Part shown: positions 39,597 through 53,084 of the stretch, piece by piece
Layout: each line of letters starts with the position of its first letter
Position numbering within the stretch: position 1 is the stretch's first letter
DNA from: Isurus oxyrinchus
Taxonomy: Eukaryota
Assembly (NCBI GenBank): GCA_026770705.1
Contig: JANJGN010000013.1
Coordinates: 117,738,001-117,802,000 of the forward strand
DNA length: 64,000 bases
Direction of reading: 5' to 3'
The notes under the pieces: model-generated
The model's database searches: none
Seen by the model: only the letters and a program-made list of their open reading frames with translations
Told to the model about the DNA's origin: nothing
Made by a program: the position numbers and the translations under genes

Positions 39597-42387
39597 CCTA
39601 ATGGTGTTCTGAATATAGTGATTTCTTGAGATCCCTCTGCCAAATGAACCGACCAATATCTATGTTTGGCATCCAACTTGGAGAAGAACTTTGCTTCTGT
39701 GAATTTGGGATTCAACTATTCGAATGTTGAACTCTTGAATGAGCACTTCCTTAGAGCAAGATTGAGACATCTTGGGTCCGAGCGGATTTGGATCATGTCA
39801 TCATTTTTCAGAACACACGTGATAGAACTGTACCGTCGGTGCGCTGGTGCACACGATGAATAATGCTGTTACGCTCCTTGTTGTCGAATTCATTCTTAAG
39901 CTTCTCCTGCTTGTGCACACTGCACTTTCCCGGAGGGTCGATCGATGAAATTGCACTTTCTTTGAGGTGTAGTGTAGCATTACCTCTAAAGCTTCCGATA
40001 GCTTTGAATCTGTCTGGGTATATCTGCTGTATGTCATGAATTGACTCAATACATTTTATTCTTGGTCTCTTCTGCTGCACTAGGTGTATTGGTGATCACG
40101 TGCATGATCACAATATTGAGTTCCATACAGGCTGACAATCCTGCTATTGGTAAATACTTGTGGTTTCTAGGCAGACTTGTCATAGCTGCATTTAAATGTG
40201 AATGTACCTTTTTTTTATTCATTCATGGGATGAGGGCATCGCTGGCTAGGCCAGCATTTATTGCCGATTCCTAATTACTCTTGAGAATGTGGTGGCAAGC
40301 TGCCTTCTTCCATGTGGTATAGGTTCTGGGCATGGAACCACATGTAGGGACAGCAGATTTCCTTCCCTAAAGGGAATTAGTGAACCAGATAGGTTTTTAC
40401 GACAATCAACAATGGTTTCATGGTCATTAGACTTTTAATTCCAGAATCTTATTGAATTAAAATTCCATCATCTGCCATGGTGGGATTTGAACCTGGGTCC
40501 CCAGTGCATTACCCTGGATCCCTGGATTACTAGTCCAGTGACAATGCCACTACACACTCTGCCACCACCTCCCTTTGCATAAGTGGGTGACCTATTAAAC
40601 CCCATTAGTTTGGCCATCGTAGGTTGTAACATTGACTTCCAACGAACCAGATACATATCCTTCAAGAATCTGATTGGTAAGATTTTTGCTCGCTCCTGTG
40701 TCGACTTTGGCTGTGAGCATGTGTTTGCTGTTTTTTTTTGAGCACATGATGCTGATAGTAGAAAAAGCCTTTAACTGTTTGATCCATCTACACATTGTGA
40801 CACATTCACATTGTGGAAAGCCTGTTTGCTTTCCAGTTGAAGATTTTTCCACTCTGAATCTTCACCCTGGTCTGTTTTGCTGCTAACCTCGTATATGGAC
40901 TTGAGCTTAAGTGGGTCTCTGGTGCACTTCCGGTTGTTGCTGCCAGTATGCTGCACATGCTTTTTGTTTGGTTGTATCATACTGTAATCTTTGGTTGCAC
41001 TTCCAGAACCAGATTTCCTACATAGATGAGCCCAATGTCCTTTGGCACCGCATATCTTCCAAAGATCTTGGAATGCAGGACAGCTTCGTGGTGAGTGCAA
41101 TAAACTGCACATTGCACGTGGCTTTCTTTCTTCCTGTGTCCTGGCTACTTTGCCAATACTGGTAGCTGCACCTAATGCTTGCAGGTGTTGTTGTCCAGCC
41201 ATGATGGCTTCATGTTTTCTGCCATCTTTTAGCAGTTTGTCAACATTGTGACCTCTCTTTTTCTCCAAAAGGCCTTTTTGGAAGGCATCGATCAGCATCA
41301 AAGCTATAACCAGCTCCACAATCCATTCAGACAATGCAGCTTCCAAAAATAACACAGTTCTTGTTCTTATCACGGCACCTGCTGATGAACTGATCAACTG
41401 ATTCTTGTGGCTGCTGTCTCTGGGACATCAGCTCCAAACAATGAATTCTGAAGTTCACTTTTACATAAAGCTGATCCTCTAGCATGTCCCATAGCTTAAC
41501 AGGCTTCTTCTGATCCTCCTCACACAGGCCTGAAGCGTCAACTCTATGCAGCCCCTCATTTCCAATGGCTATCTTTATTTTCACCACTTGTTTATCCAGT
41601 TCTGTGATGGATAAATCTAAAAAGCATAGCTCCATCCTTTGTCTGAAAAGCCTAAATTTGGATAGTACATCTATTGCCTTCAAACTCATGCTGCGGAATT
41701 TGGTGGTCATCTTCCTGATTTGTAGGGGATTTGTAACCTCTCTACTCAATGGAGCGATTCACTAGTGCAGCTGCTGGGTTTTTTCTCTTCCCTTTTGTTC
41801 TGCAGCTGAAGTTCAGGTTTCTTCTGTTTCGATTGCTTTTGTCTTTTGTGTGGGAATGGCACCGGAGGATGTTGCAAAGGACCTGCAGATTTTCCTGCCC
41901 AGTTCAAAACCTACTGCACAGCACAACTCTGAACCGACTTGCTGCTCCCATTAACCATAATACAGTTAGTCCACATATCAGGTATTCAATGTTCTACAAA
42001 GCACTGTCTGTAGAGGGACTCTTCCTCCCAGGGTTTCGATGTCCATTCAGCCTCTATATTGTGCCAGACCTTGTCTGTGACTCATCCTGAGATCTTCAAA
42101 TTTACATCGCTGCCATCATGTTGCGTTTCTATGGTTGCTTTATATAAACTTACCAGTCTCTCACACAACTGGTAAACGAGACATAGGCTCAGTTTATTTG
42201 AATATTCAGTACAAGATGGCTCAGCAGATAGACCTACTTTATGAATTCAGCAGCTACTACTCACGTGGACAGCACAGCTGCAATTCCCACTGCACACTAC
42301 ATACACACTACTAGCTGCTGGTTACATGCTGCTCTACATTTTGGCTACTTGTCCTTTTGCATATTCCCTTAAAGTGATATCATAACG
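39597..42387 (-). mobile_element. 3'-truncated Gypsy LTR retrotransposon (5' LTR 42119-42387, PBS, gag, protease, start of RT)
   Basis: PBS TGATGGCAGCGATG next to the LTR; gag ORF 41327-41749; zinc-knuckle remnant KICGAKGHWAHLC; protease VDTGAS; RT start including FFSKLDAK. Confidence 0.88.
40209..40573 (-). mobile_element. tRNA-headed SINE-like internal-deletion derivative of the 26467-29664 LINE, inserted in Gypsy pol
   Basis: B box GGTTCAAATCCC at 40482-40493; head matches ~29460-29664; tail CATCCCATGAATGAATAAAAAAA matches the LINE 3' end. Confidence 0.85.
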
Positions 42388-42968
42388 CCAATGAGTGAAT
42401 TGGGCCATTTTCCCAAGAAATGTATGAGACAGATGCGAGCATGTGCTTCAGGATTAATTAAGTTGATGAATATGCTAAGGACATTATTGATGAATGAACA
42501 GAAATAAAAATAACACTGGAGTTATTTTCACCTTCGCTACCTGGGCAGTACTCTAGCTTAGCGAATTATCTATTTGTTTCTTCAGTTGTTCAACTGTTTA
42601 GGTGATCACAGTTGCTTTGACTGGGGATGGGGCTATGATTAACAAATCTTTGAGGTTTAAGCAAGACTATTGGTGGAGCAGCCCAAAAATTTTAGGAAAT
42701 TTAGCACAATGTCAGCATAACTCTAATATGCCATCATTTCCTGGGACTTTTACAATGCAAAATGATTCTAATGGTGCAGGACTCAAAGAAATTCTAGGTT
42801 GATCATATACATTTTTATTGCAGTTATTGGTAACACTTAGCTCTGTCAAGCAGCAAAATTTTTGCTATCAGCTGAGAACCTTAGCATTAGAATCTAAACA
42901 AAGCTGCATTCATTATATTAAGCCGCTTCAATCTCAGTGTTTCTTTTATCTTCTTTGATCTTTTACAG

Positions 42969-43000
42969 GCTTTTTCTCACCCTGGAAGAGTTCAAAACAA
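42969..43000 (+). CDS. MAGI2: MAGI2 32-nt micro-exon
   Basis: ttttacag acceptor, gtaagt donor; (G)FFSPWKSSKQ (mammalian GFFSPWKTPKP as recalled); provides the phase 1 to phase 0 change required by the next exon. Confidence 0.92.
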
Positions 43001-43255
43001 GTAAGTGCTGCCTTTGGTTCCAACAAATGTACTGATGCTGCTTTTAAATCGATCAAGTTTTTATTGTTGAATAAAGGAGAAAGTTGCTAGTATTCTTTAG
43101 AATGTACTTTTCCAGAAAGAAAATAATGTGTTCTTTTGAATGTTCTGTAATTCTAATTACAATAAACCTTGTTCTCATTCATGCAATGAATTTTACGAAA
43201 TCTTAACAGTGCAGATCCTGTGTTATGTATTTGCTAATTTTCCATGGACACCATG

Positions 43256-43373
43256 GGGCAGAATTTTACGTTCCTGTTTCGGCGGGGACAGGGCCACAAA
43301 ATGTGGCAGGCCGTAATAAATCCCATTGACCACAGCGGGAACATAAAATCCTGCTGTTGTAAAATTCTGCCCC
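43256..43373. mobile_element. ~118-bp MITE
   Basis: perfect TIR GGGGCAGAATTTTAC / GTAAAATTCTGCCCC, flanked by AT on both sides. Confidence 0.85.
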
Positions 43374-44249
43374 ATATGTGCACAGAAAAGTTGCTTTTAC
43401 TGGTGCATTTTATTTATAGAATGACATGGGACCTAGTGCTTTAGTTTCACTGTCTATAAAGAGCTCATGTAGCATTAGCTTCAAATGCAATTCATTCAGG
43501 AAAAATATGATTGAAGCGTTTTCTGAAGATTTGACTCCATCCTAAATACCCTTATTAAAATATTTACCAATTTTTTTAATGATAAGTCATCTAGTTGAAT
43601 AGCAGAGCAGGCTCAAGGGGCCTATTTCCTATTTACTAATGATAAAGAAATTAATGATTGTTTCAAATAGATTTTAGATCCAATTGTGTAGTGCTTGCTG
43701 GTGCCAAGAGTCTGCCTGCAGCCCATTCAAATCTGAAAATTATGCCATTGCCACAATTTCACAATACTGAGTGTACAGTTAAGGATGCAAAGTGATTGTT
43801 AAAATTACATGGGAGGCAGAAAGGTTTGTTGCATTATTTCTACCTCAGTAACATTAGTAATTTTGTTTGACGCACATAAGTATACAAAGTAAAATAAAAT
43901 GTAATTATGAAAGAAAGGTAGAAATATATGGTAAATGCTGGAAATGAAGAACAGGTTTAGTAAAAGAGGGTATTCTTGATTTTGAACACCTTTATCAAAT
44001 CTCCCCTTAATCTCTTCTGCTGTAAGGAGAACAACTCCAGCTTCTCTATACATAACTTCTCTAATGACATAACTGAAGTCAACCTGGTACTATTCAATTA
44101 AATCTGTTCTGCAGCCCCTTCCGAGGCCTTGAGATCCTTCCTAAAGTGTGCTACCCAGAAATGAACAGAGTATTCCAGCTGAGATCAAAGCAGTGTTTCA
44201 CAAAGGTTCAGCATTACTTCCTTGTATTCCTCCATTATTAGAGCCGAGG

Positions 44250-44791
44250 ATTTTTTTTCTTTATTCTTGGAAGGTGGGCATCACTGGCAAAGCCAGAATT
44301 TGTTGCCCATCCCTTGAACTCCCTTCCTAATAGCACTGTGGGTGTACCTACACCACATGGACTGCAGCGGTTCAAGAAGGCAGCTTACCATCAGCTTCTC
44401 AAGGGCAACTAGGAATGTGTAATAAATGCCAGCCCAGCCAGCAAAGCCCACATCCCGTGAATGAATAAAAAAATACTGAGCGGCTTGCTAGGCCATTTCA
44501 GAGGGCACGTAAGAGTCAACCACATTGCTGTGGATCTGGTGTCACAGGTAGGCCAGACTGGGAAAGGACAGCAGATTTCCTTCCCTAAAGGATAGTAATG
44601 ATGGGATTTATGACAATTGACAATTGTTGTCATGGTCACCATTACTGAGACTAGCTTTATATTTAGATTTATTAATTGAATTTAAATTCCACCGGCTGCC
44701 GCGGTAGGATTTGAACCTATACCCCCAGAGCATTAGCCAAGGCTTCTGGATTGCTGACTCGGTAATATTACCATATGTCACCATCTCCCCC
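44250..44791 (-). mobile_element. tRNA-headed SINE of the same family, split by a + strand LINE-tail fragment (~44325-44473)
   Basis: B box GGTTCAAATCC at 44707-44717; body GGGAAGGAAATCTGCTGTCC..GGCCTAGCAAGCC shared with 29377-29500. Confidence 0.85.
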
Positions 44792-45517
44792 AATCCAGAT
44801 AAGAAATTTAAAGGGCTCAGACTTGGTACCTATTGGTTACAGTTTATCCTAATTAGGATACAATAATATAGTATTATTAATCAATATTAGCAGTTTACAT
44901 TCCTGAATAGTTGTCACCTCTTCAGTCACTAGACAGAGCAGAGTGTGTCATCTTGTTCTTTAACTAGGTAGGTGTTAGGCTCCACCCACACAAGCCACTT
45001 GTCATCTTCTTGTCTTCTATTTCTATATCTGACTGTCCAAAATCCCTCCTCTTTATTTTCCAAAGTGCCAGTCCTCTGACTCAATAGGGAAGGTTTTAAC
45101 ACATTCAAAACCCATCCACTTACACAGAGTTAAAATTGACCTCGTGGTTTAATTGTTTCTGTTCACGCCAGCTAAACTCTGGTTTTCTGCTTAACCAGCA
45201 TCCTTGTACATAGGCACTTTCTGACCCTACCAACATCTTTCAGAGGTATTCTGCTTTTCTGCATTGTTTGGTGTGGCCCAGCAGTCACCCATTATTACCA
45301 CCATCAGCTTAATTAAGTGCTCTTTTACAGATAATTACAATTACTGATATGGCTCAAAGACACTCCCAGGTTTCTCTGCTCCTGCACCCCCTTTAAAATT
45401 ATTTTATTTCATTCATATTGCTTCACCTCATTCAAAATATGTCACTTCACACTTCTTTGCATTAAGTTTTATCTGCCATGTGTCTGTCCACTTTACCAGT
45501 TTGTCGATGTCCTCCTG

Positions 45518-46159
45518 GGGTTGGATTTTACCGATGCAGTGTTCCCCGCAGCCCCCCAATTAAAAGTCAGTTGGGAGCCCACCCATGAAAAAGGTAGCTG
45601 TTCTGTAGACATTTATGCTCAGCAGGGTTACTAATTGGCTCAGAGCAAGACTTCCGATCAGATTGGCTGGCAGTTCTGTGGTCCCAGCAACGACAGCTTT
45701 GAACAGTGGTCACGGTTGGGACTACAGCCAGCCCCCGAAGAAGAGGAAGTTAAGAAGGCCGGACTGAACATAAGTTCAGGTATCGGCGCCGAGAGGGGTG
45801 AGAGGGTTTGGGGGGCCGGGTTTGAGAGGCTGGTGAGAGGGTAGAGGAGGGGGGTATGACCTTGGGGCTATTGTCTGCAATGGGCACAGGGGACCTCCAA
45901 ATGATGTTTGCTCCCCACCCCCCATGCCTGACACCAACCCAGTGAAAGTTGCTAGCCTACCCATTTGGCACAGGGTTGGGATGAAGCACTTAAGTGGGCA
46001 TTAATTGGCCTCAATAGTCCCAAGGGCTGATGCCTCAACCATGCCCCCAAAAACTTTCAGGTCAGTAGTGGGCGGGATGGCGGCAGGCAAATCACATGGT
46101 GCAATTTACAAGCCCTCCCCTCCTTCAAACATGCCAGCAGAGGTGCATAAATTTAGCCT
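45518..46159. mobile_element. Harbinger-type MITE with CTG target duplication
   Basis: ctg|GGGTTGGATTTT...TAAATTTAGCCT|ctg; interrupts a CR1. Confidence 0.7.
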
Positions 46160-46666
46160 CTGATGCCTGTTGCTATCCTCATTTTTTTGCTACATTTGCA
46201 AGTTTCATATCATCTGCAAACTTTGAAATTCTCCCCAAGTCTAGGTCATTAATCTAGATCAAAATGAGTAGTGGTCCTAATACTGACTCCTGGGAATCAC
46301 CACTATACACTTCCCTTCAGACTGAAAAATACCCTTTCACAACTATCTGCTTTCTACCTCTGAGCCAATTTTGTATTCATGCTGCCCATGTCCCTTTAAT
46401 CCCAAGGACTTTAATTTTGTTAACAAGTCCATTATGTAGCATTTTGATGCAAACACCAGTTAAAAGTCCATTTACACATCAACTGAACTATCCTCATCGA
46501 ACCTCTCTGTTACTTCATCAAAGAACTTGGTCAAGTTTGTCACATAAGATGTGTCTTTAATAAATTTGTGCTGATTTTCATTTATTAGCACATACTTTTC
46601 CAAATACCAATTAATTATAGGAACACAGGGCTAGGAGTAGGCCATTTTCCCTTGCACTTGAATTGC

Positions 46667-47414
46667 TGTTATGACCCAACAGTTGGTAAAGCTGAGTTAT
46701 TTAAAAATCTCAGAGGGAAACTTTAAACAACTGTCATAACCTATATTTTAAGTGGTATGTTTGAGATGCAGCTCTAAATTCAGGAATCAGACCACCAGTT
46801 CCCGAGAGGTTTTTATATTAAACTGAATGAAATATTTTATTAAGTTACAACACATTAAACACATACACATGGCTACAAGTTACTACTATCATAACTTTTA
46901 ACAAATTCCCAGGCTAATCTCCATTAAGGCAACAGCAACCCATAGACTTTACCAGACACCAGGCAAAGCATTTTAACCTTACAAATTCAAAATGAGGTTC
47001 CTCTTACTTTGGTTCCTGTGAAGACAGTTGTAGGCTTACAGCTACTTTGATCTTATATTGTCTGTTATACCCAAAGCAGCTCATTGAATGTAAATTCTCA
47101 TTGTATTACCAGCCTCTTTGAACTCCACCTCTTCTAACAATAAAACCCCTTTCAAAGTACCAATTTTATTAGTAATATAAATATATTGCTTGGTCTCTGC
47201 TAGCTAGGTGCCAGATTTCGCCCCCACTTCTTGAATGCTCTATTCAACAAAATGCAAATGTACCTCTACCTCTCTTACATCTCAAAACTAGTAAACATCA
47301 AATCATCCAGACTAGCTGGCTTTAATCCAATTAAGACACACCCACAGACTAAACCTTTATTTTAAAATAAAAGTATCTTCCAATAACATTCTATACATTA
47401 ATAGTTTCATGACA
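46667..47414. mobile_element. 748-bp solo LTR
   Basis: TGTTATGA...TCATGACA termini; 5-bp TSD ATTGC/ATCGC; splits a CR1 3' end. Confidence 0.8.
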
Positions 47415-50400
47415 ATCGCTACCATTCAGTCATATCATGGCTGATCTGCAACCTAACTTCATAAAACTATCTTTTCTCACTATCTCTTAGCACCTTTGAT
47501 TAACAAAAACCCATTAATCTCAGATTTGAAATTAACAATTGATCTTGCATCAATGCCATTTGCCGAAGAGAGCTCCAAACTTCTACCACCCTTTATGTGT
47601 AGAAGTGTTTTCCAATTGCATTCCTGATAGGTCCTGCTCTAATTTCTAGACTATGCTTCCTAGTCTTATACTTTCCAACCAGCAGAAATAATTTCTCTCT
47701 ATCTACTCTATTTGTTCCCTTTAATATCTTGGAAACTTCAATCAAATCATCCCTTAATCTTTTAAATTCCAGGGAATGCAGCCTAGTTTGTATAATCTCT
47801 CCTAGTAATTTAACCTTTGGAGTCCAGATATTGTTCTAGTAAATCTGCACTGCACTTCCTCCAAGGCGAATATACTCTTCCTAAGGTGTGGTGCCCAGAA
47901 CTGCTCATATGCTACAGATCTCTTTTGTTACCCTGGATTATTGTCTCTAAAAGTTTCGCCAATGGCATTAGGCTGACTGACCTGTAGTTGCTGGGTTTTA
48001 TCTCTTCTTTTTTTCAAACAGGCCCGTGACATTTACAATCCTCCAGTCCCCTGGCACCACCCCATATCCAAGGAGGATTGGAGGACTGTGGCGGAGCCTC
48101 CACAATTTCCACTCTTACTACCCTCAGCAACATAAGGATGCATTCCATCCAAACTGGGTAACTGTTCTACTTTAAGGACCATCAGCATTTTAAGTACATC
48201 CTTTTTACCTATTTTTATCCTTTCATATATCACTACTGCCTCCTCCTTTCCAGCTGCTTTGGCAGCATCCTCTGCTGTAGTAAAGACAGATGCAAAGTGC
48301 TTATTTAGTATCTCACTCATTTCCTCTGCCTCCACTAGAAGGTCTCCTATTCTCAGTATTTATTTTTTTATAATCTACAATTTGACAGTTTTTACAAAAC
48401 ACTAGATTCAGAAACTTCCTGTTCAGTGCTATGTGAGGTGGGCATCCTGTCAAAAATTTGCGCCTATTTTGCAAATTTGCTCATTTAGAATGCAAGTTTA
48501 CCTGATTGTTCTAAAGTGCTGGCTTGTCCTTACTTCTGTTTGAACTGAATTTACCTGTACAATTTAGGATTATTCACCAGTACTAGCACAGGGTCCCCTC
48601 ACTGATCCCTCAGAAAAAAACACAGAATTCAAACATCACCAGAAAGCATCAGAAATTTCAGCTAGATGATTTGATTTTCAACTGGGAGCCAGCAAGAGAG
48701 GAAGTTTCATTCACTTAAGATGAAGCTTCAGAGAGTCGCCAATGAAAATGGGGAACTTGGTCAACTAAGATAAGTTCAGCCTGTGAATAATGAAAGAGAG
48801 ATCTTTGTCTAGTGGGAAGCCTGTAGATGTGCTGAGTAAGGGAGAGGTAGGTAAGTGTGGCCAAGAGAGAAAAATAAATATAGCCAGTGAGGAGGAAAGG
48901 AGTAAATTGACAAGGTCAGAAGGAGATAGATAAATGTGTCCAGCTCCAAGTGAGATGGGCAGTGAATTTACTCAGTAGGAAAACATATGTTATGGGATCT
49001 CACCACCAACCTTTTCTTTGCTAGTACTGATTGTCAAGTCTGTTCTTTTGAAACAGAATATAAATTTGGAAAAGCCTAAGGCACTTTTGTCTTGGACTTT
49101 TCCTGGTTTATCCTATAATTTTCTATTAAAATGCACTCATAAGGTAGAGAATTAGAGAGAGTGAGGGAGAGTTGAAACAGCATGATGGGGCTAAGTTCAG
49201 ATGCAGAAGTTCAACATACAGGAGGAAGAGAGAGAAAAGTTTAGAAGATAGAGAAATTTGGATGCCAAGATAAGTCAGGAAAATTGGCAGTGAAAGAAAT
49301 AGAATGAAGTTTATATACACAGTGAGAGAGAGGATCAGTCAAATGCACAGGAAGTATTATATATGAGAAAACAACAGTGAACATGAGCTAGAGATTGATT
49401 TTGCTCATTTATTTCTCGTGAGTGAATTACCAACATGGATATGTTTACAAAGCATAAAATAAAATAATTTTCTTCCATAGCTTCAGGATTTTGCCCCAGC
49501 CTACTATGGCACCTGTTACAGCACATTAAAGCTTACCTGGTCTTCCAGATTGCAGATGGACTGAATTTGCAAACCCTAGCATTACTATTCAGCTGGATAA
49601 ACCAAAACTGACTCTAAAGGCTAGTTTTGATTCCACCAGAGAGGATGAAGAAGGGAATATTTGCATTTATTTGCTTTAAAAGGTTAGGACTGCCTAAACT
49701 GTTAGCATAGTGACAACAATGCAAATCTGTGATTTTTTTAGTGACATAGTTATCTTGGAAGATTTATGTTAATGCTATAATCATCTATACAGTCATTCCC
49801 CTGTTACATATCCAGATAATAAATTTGGTTATATTAGTTATTTTTACTTTATAAAAACAGAAATTTCTGATCACACTGCCTCTTCAAATTAATTCAAATT
49901 TGTTACACTGTGTTAAAGTAAAGCATCAAAACCCCAATTTTACATTTGCACTGGTACCAACTTCTTATGGCATTGATAGTGCTGAAATAGTGTTTAATGC
50001 AGACACAAAAAAATTGGTTACAAGCAGGATATTATGTTTAATGCTTTGAGGAGGACAGAGCTTTTATACTGAATGTCAATTGTCACTCCTGGTGCTATTA
50101 ATTATACATATTAAACATTTTTAAAATTGTATAATTGATGACCTCAGGAGTAACAATTAATGTTTCTACTAACTATGTAAATAAGAAAACACAGCACCAA
50201 AGAATTTAAAAAGGAAAAGCAAGTCCTGGTCAAAACACAAAACCTTTAGGGAATGGTCACTCAACTGCCAATGCTCTTGATTTTTTTCCCCCCAGTGCTG
50301 TTAAATAAAATGGCAGTTACACGCGGCAGTGTGCCTGAAACCACATTATCTGGGAATTTAAATATTTAAAAGACGGCACAGACTAATATTGCCCATACTG

Positions 50401-50827
50401 ATATGAAATTATAATTTTTTACCATCACACAGAGACAGGCTTTTTTCAGTCAGTGAGCGTAGGGCCTGGTATTGCATATAACTTGTAGCCCAGCCACATT
50501 ATTTTCAAATCTATTTCCTCAAGATTTTCTAATATGTTGTATTGGAAATTTCCAACCTATTAAAATAGTTGTACAGTGAGAAGACCACGTAAGGTCTCTA
50601 TAGATTGTTAGCTTGTTGAATATCTTGCATATAATTATTCTACAGTATAACAGTTACAAAAAATGCATTTTGGTGTGCTACATACTCGATTATAACTTAA
50701 ATTTACAATGCTTTTAGCAAGGCATTTCATTGTATTCAATCATAAAGAGAAAATATTTAATTAAAAACAAAAACAGAATTACCTGGAAAAACTCAGCAGA
50801 TTTGGCAGCATCGGCGGAGAAGAAAAG

Positions 50828-50866
50828 AGTTGACGTTTCGAGTCCTCGTGACCCTTCAAGAGAACT
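50828..50866 (-). ncRNA. minimal hammerhead motif, probably inactive (G5C)
   Basis: reverse complement reads AGUU-CUCUUGA-A-GGGUC-acgag-GACUC-GAAA-CG-UC-AACU. Confidence 0.6.
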
Positions 50867-52920
50867 GAGTGAATCTTAGGAAAGGGGTGAAATATAAACT
50901 GGTTTAAGGTTGGTGGGGGGGAGAGAAGTGGTGGGGGGATGGTGTGGTTATAGGGACAAGCAAGCAGTGATAAGAGCTGATAATCAAAAGATGTCACAGA
51001 CAAAAGAACACAGAGGCATTGATGGTGGTGATATTATCTAAACAAATGTGCTAATTAAGAATGGATAGTAGGGCACTCAAGGTACAACTCTAGTGGGGGT
51101 GGGTTGGAAAGGCTTGCAGGGCATAAAAAATTTAAAAATAATGGAAATAGGTGGGAAAAGAAAAATCTATATAAATTATTGGAAAAAACAAAAGGAAGAG
51201 GGGAAGAAACAAAAAGGGGTGGGGATGGAGGAAGGAGTTCAAGATCTAAAGTTGTTGAATTCAATATTCAGTCCGGGAGGCTGTAAAGTGCCTAGTCGGA
51301 AGATGAGGTGCTGTTCCTCCAGTTTGTGTTGGGTTTCACTGGAACAATGCAGCAAGCCAAGGACAGACATGTGAGCAAGAGAGCAGGGTGGAATGTTAAA
51401 ATGGCAAGCGACAGGGAGGTTTGGGTCATTCTTGCGGACAGACCGCTGGTGTTCTGCAAAGTGGTCGCCCAGTTTCCGTTTGGTCTCTCCAATGTAGAGG
51501 AGACCACATTGGGAGCAACGAATGCAGTAGACTAAGTTGGGGGAAATGCAAGTGAAATGCTGCTTCACTTGAAAGGAGTGTTTGGGCCCTTGGACGGTGA
51601 GGAGAGAGGAAGTGAAGGGGCAGGTGTTGCATCTTTTGCGTGGGCATGGGGAGGTGCCATAGGTGGGGGTTGAGTAGTAGGGGGTGATGGAGGAGTGGAC
51701 CAGGATGTCCCGGAGAGAACGATCCCTATGGAATGCCGCCGGGGGGGTGAAGGGAAGATGTGTTTGGTGGTGGCATCATGCTGGAGTTGGCGGAAATGGC
51801 GGCAGATGATCCTTTGAATGCAGAGGCTGGTGGGGTGATAAGTGAGGACAAGGGGGATGCTATCATGTTTCTGGGAGGGAGGAGAAGGCGTGAGGGCGGA
51901 TGCACGGGAGATGGGCCGGACACGGTTGAGGGTCCTGTCAACGACCGTGGGTGGAAAACCTCGGTAAAGGAAGAAGGAGGACATGTCAGACGAACTGTTT
52001 TTGAAGATAGCATCATCAGAACAGATGCGACGGAGACGGAGGAACTGAGAAAATGGAATGAAGTCCTTACAGGAAGCGGTGTGTGAGGGGCTGTAGTCAA
52101 GGTAGCTGTGGGAGTCGGTAGGCTTGTAATGGATATGGGTGGACAGTCAATCACCAGAGATTGAGACAGAGAGGTCAAGAAAGGGCAGGGAAGTGTCAGA
52201 GATGGACCATGTGAAAATGATGGAGGGATGGAGATTGGAAGCAAAATTAATAAATTTTTCCAAGTCCTGACGAGAGCATGAAGCAGCACCGAAGTAATCA
52301 TCGATGTACTGGAGAAAGAGTTGTGGAAGGGGGCCGGAGTAGGACTGGAACAAGGAATCTCCGACAAAATGTCGTTTGCCATTTTAACACTCCACCCTGC
52401 TCTTGCCCACATGTCTGTCCTTGGCTTGCTGCATTGCTCCAGAGAAGCCCAACGCAAAGTGGAGGAACAGCACCTCATCTTCCGACTAGGCACTTTACAG
52501 CCTTCCGGTCTGAATATTGAATTCAACAACTTTAGGTCTTGACCTCCCTCCTCCATCCCCACCCCTTTTCTGTTTCTTCCCCCTTCCTTTTGTTTTTTCC
52601 AATAATTTATATAGATTTTTCTTTTCCCACCTATTTCCATTATTTTTAAATCTTTTATGCCCTGCTAGCCTTTCCACCCCACCCCAACTAGAGCTGTACC
52701 TTGTGTGCCCTACCATCCATTCTTAATTAGCACATTCATTTAGATAATATCACCACCATCAACGCCTCTTTGTTCTTTTGTTCTTTTGTCTGTGACATCT
52801 TTTGATTATCTGCTCCTATTACTGCTTGCTTGTCCGTACAACCACACCACCCCCACCATTTCCCACCCCCCCCCCAACCTTAAACCAGCTTATATTTCAC
52901 CCCTTTCCTAAGATTCACTC

Positions 52921-52959
52921 AGTTCTGTTGAAGGGTCATGAGGATTCGAAACGTCAACT
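52921..52959 (+). ncRNA. minimal type I hammerhead ribozyme motif in the upstream pseudo-LTR
   Basis: AGUU-CUGUUGA-A-GGGUC-augag-GAUUC-GAAA-CG-UC-AACU; predicted cleavage after GUC at 52955. Confidence 0.72.
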
Positions 52960-53084
52960 CTTCTCCGCCGATGCTGCCAGACCTGCTGAGTTTTCCCAGG
53001 TAATTCTGTTTTTGTTTTGGATTTCCAGCATCCGCAGGTTTTTTTTCTCTCTTTGTTTAATTGACTGGCACTCCTCTTCAACTA

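Larger units (their letters stand above)
45360..48345 (-). mobile_element. nested decayed CR1 fragments hosting a MITE and a solo LTR
   Basis: CR1 RT-like remnants at 45360-45517, 46160-46615, 46620-47920 and 47920-48345. Confidence 0.7.

Noticed and set aside
49120-49560. purine-rich stretch resembling a decayed gag region
   Set aside because: No diagnostic motif, LTR or PBS could be supported
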